Shown piece by piece: positions 62,248 through 64,000 of a stretch of DNA of 64,000 nt. Location of the stretch: assembly GCA_035533875.1 (NCBI GenBank), contig DATLSZ010000002.1:9622-73621 (forward strand), written 5' to 3'. Position 1 is the stretch's first letter. Each line of letters begins with the position of its first letter. The notes below the pieces were generated by a model. That model made no database searches. It saw only the letters and a program-made list of their open reading frames with translations, and was not told the DNA's origin. A program made the position numbers and the translations under genes. The DNA is from Candidatus Acidiferrales bacterium. Lineage in GTDB: Bacteria; Patescibacteriota; Microgenomatia; Levybacterales; UBA12049.

Positions 62248-62608
62248 GAACTACCTCCGTATACTTTTGAAGATATGCGGTAAGGACCGCTTTGTTTTTT
62301 TCCAGCGTTGTTACCCAGCCCGCCAAAAACTCTTTTCCTTCCGGCGTAATATGGTAAACAAATTTCCTTCCGTCTTTCTGAGCGGTAATGAGCTTTTCTT
62401 TTTTTAATCTGCCGAGGACTCGGTAGAAATTGCCGATATCTATTGCATCACAGAGACAGGTTTCTTTCAAATACTGCATGATCGCATAACCATGCCGTGG
62501 TGATTGCATAATGCAAAGCAGCACACATGGTTCAACAAATTGCTCGATCAATATGGGAGGAGTCTTTGTGTGTATGTTAGTAAATCTTTTTCTGCCGCCG
62601 CAAATCAT
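62240..62608 (-). CDS. PadR-family transcriptional regulator
   Basis: Winged-helix core VLLCIMQSPRHGYAIMQYLKE...NFYRVLGRLKKEKLI...YHITPEGKEFL. Confidence 0.75.
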   Translation of the reverse strand: MICGGRKRFTNIHTKTPPILIEQFVEPCVLLCIMQSPRHGYAIMQYLKETCLCDAIDIGNFYRVLGRLKKEKLITAQKDGRKFVYHITPEGKEFLAGWVTTLEKNKAVLTAYLQKYTEVVHV

Positions 62609-62700
62609 ATGTACATGATATATGTAAATTACATATATGTCAAGTATGCTACCACTTGACCTTAGTTTTGTTCTTCATTTATGCTGTAAAAAGAAGCCAA

Positions 62701-63267
62701 ATGAAAAAAGATTTTAAAGATCCGAATGCATATAAAGAAGGCGATATCCTTATCTCTGCCGAAGAAATTGATCAGCGCTTGGATGAACTTGTTCCGCAAC
62801 TGGTTGAAGAATATGAAGGCAAACGACTGCTCCTGGTCGGACTTTTGACCGGAGCAGCGTGGTTTACTACCGATATTCTTGAGCGACTGCATGCTCTCGG
62901 TATGACAGATGCTGAACTTACATTTATGAAGGTCAGTAGTTATCATAATGGTACGACATCTCAATTTGAACCCCGCATTGAATATGACATGCTGGTTAAT
63001 CCAAAGAGACGAAATATCCTCTTGATTGATGACATTGCCGATACGGGAAAGACATTGTCTGCAGTAACAGCTGTGCTGCGAAGTAAAGATGCTGCATCGG
63101 TCAAAACGTTTGTCCTTGTGGATAAGCCATCCCGCCGTGAAGTTGATTGCAAACCGGACTTCTGCGGATTTGAAATACCTAATATATGGGTGCAGGGGAG
63201 GGGGATGGATTCGGATGGCTACGGACGGGGTGATCCTAACATCCGCAAAGGGCCTTATCACTATTGA
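62701..63267 (+). CDS. hpt: hypoxanthine(-guanine) phosphoribosyltransferase
   Basis: PRPP-binding loop ILLIDDIADTGKTL and LLVGLLTGAAWFTTDIL. The start at the ATG 62701 fits the family N-terminus. Confidence 0.9.
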   Translation: MKKDFKDPNAYKEGDILISAEEIDQRLDELVPQLVEEYEGKRLLLVGLLTGAAWFTTDILERLHALGMTDAELTFMKVSSYHNGTTSQFEPRIEYDMLVNPKRRNILLIDDIADTGKTLSAVTAVLRSKDAASVKTFVLVDKPSRREVDCKPDFCGFEIPNIWVQGRGMDSDGYGRGDPNIRKGPYHY

Positions 63268-63361
63268 TATTTTAACAGCAAATTTCTGCGTTTTTACTCT
63301 GCGTAGTTTCGTATCTACTCTCTCATCTTCTTCTCATTTTTATTGTTTATGATCTTTCCCT

Positions 63362-63805
63362 ATGAAGAAAGTATTATTTGCGGTTTTGGTTTTGGCAATT
63401 ATCGGCTATGTCCTCGTTCAGAATGGCGGAAGAATATTTCTGATCGCATTGTCGCAGCATCGGCTGGCAAATCCTTTTCAGTCAACAGCGGCGGCAAGTT
63501 CTTCATCAGGTAATCCGCCAGCGTATAAAGATGGCACCTATACCGGTCCTGTCGAAGATGCGTTCTACGGGAATGTCCAGGTACAAGTAACAATTTCAGG
63601 TGGTAAAATAAATAGTGTGCAATTTTTGCAGCATCCAAGTGATGCCATGCGCTCGGTTGCGATAAACGATATTGCAATGCCCAACCTGCAGCAGGAAGCG
63701 ATTCAGGCGCAAACGGCAACTGTTGATATCGTTTCAGGCGCGACAGATACGAGTAACGCTTTTATCCAATCACTTAAGGATGCACTCAATCAAGCAAAGT
63801 CATGA
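63362..63805 (+). CDS. membrane-anchored FMN-binding domain protein
   Basis: N-terminal TM, then YGNVQVQVTISGGKINSVQFLQHP...VDIVSGATDTSNAFIQSLKDAL (FMN_bind signature with the flavinylatable Thr in SGAT). Confidence 0.75.
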   Translation: MKKVLFAVLVLAIIGYVLVQNGGRIFLIALSQHRLANPFQSTAAASSSSGNPPAYKDGTYTGPVEDAFYGNVQVQVTISGGKINSVQFLQHPSDAMRSVAINDIAMPNLQQEAIQAQTATVDIVSGATDTSNAFIQSLKDALNQAKS

Positions 63806-64000
63806 GAAAAATTTTGTTATCGGCGATAGTCATCGTCAGTTTTATTACCTATGCTCTCTATTTCAGGTCAAAAGGTGTAGCGCCGACACCTGTTATTGCT
63901 CCAAAAACTCTCCAAAGCAGCAAGATAAGTACGATCCCTACGGCTACGCCAGTACCGACAGATACTCCCGTTCCACCGTCACCGACGACGTCATTAGCAC
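63802..64000 (+). CDS. membrane-anchored protein with a Pro/Thr-rich linker, N-terminal part only (runs off the window)
   Basis: The ATG overlaps the previous stop codon (ATGA). MRKILLSAIVIVSFITYALYF TM, then PTATPVPTDTPVPPSPTT. Confidence 0.6.
   Translation, partial: MRKILLSAIVIVSFITYALYFRSKGVAPTPVIAPKTLQSSKISTIPTATPVPTDTPVPPSPTTSLA

Noticed and set aside
62662-63261. 199-aa ORF fully antisense to hpt
   Set aside because: The plus-strand frame carries unmistakable HPRT motifs (LLIDDIADTGKTL). The antisense product is low-complexity with no motif. Treated as a shadow ORF.
1-64000. scan for CRISPR arrays, rRNA genes, reverse transcriptase/DGR template-variable repeat pairs, toxin-antitoxin pairs or restriction-modification genes
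   Set aside because: Reading the window turned up no regularly spaced repeats, rRNA-like sequence, RT motifs (YxDD) or methyltransferase/endonuclease motifs. A computational scan would be needed for certainty.

Overview
The window looks like the replication-origin neighbourhood of a small-genome, monoderm-type bacterium. I infer a CPR/Patescibacteria-like (Microgenomates-type) source from gene content alone; no search was run. The standard genetic code applies, since TGA, TAA and TAG all end clear genes.

Housekeeping core:
- dnaN and dnaA on the minus strand, diverging from rpmH-rnpA-yidD-yidC-jag on the plus strand, with clusters of DnaA boxes.
- pgk, valS, rplY, ruvC-(ICMT)-ruvA-ruvB, a P-type ATPase, comM/yifB, dnaG-rpoD and hpt.
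- Three tRNAs: Arg-CCG, Ser-CGA and Asn-GTT.

Most interesting region, about 6.2-22.3 kb, immediately left of dnaN. It is a type IV secretion-like locus containing:
- a VirB6/TrbL-like protein;
- three tandem VirB2/TrbC-type pilins;
- a PrgI/VirB3-like fusion protein;
- a standalone VirB4-N-like protein followed by a VirB4 ATPase;
- a VirB1-like transglycosylase;
- an amidase plus NlpC/P60 hydrolase.

I could not recognise a coupling ATPase or a relaxase anywhere in the window. Embedded in the locus are an unrecognisable 992-aa cytoplasmic protein and an unusual regulator that joins a degenerate P-loop domain to an OmpR-type winged helix. That regulator has a paralog at 33 kb.

Other points:
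- -10 boxes sit 5-8 nt before start codons throughout the window, which suggests widespread leaderless mRNAs.
- A repeat and cassette structure is seeded at the 3' end of tRNA-Asn.
- A gene is frameshifted at a (CT)n tract.
- An orphan promoter and terminator unit lies upstream of dnaG.
- A b6-type di-heme cytochrome b carries a large insertion and has no partner subunits nearby.

I saw no rRNA, CRISPR array, integrase or intact transposase. All functional calls rest on reading motifs by eye. No BLAST, HMM or folding computation was possible.
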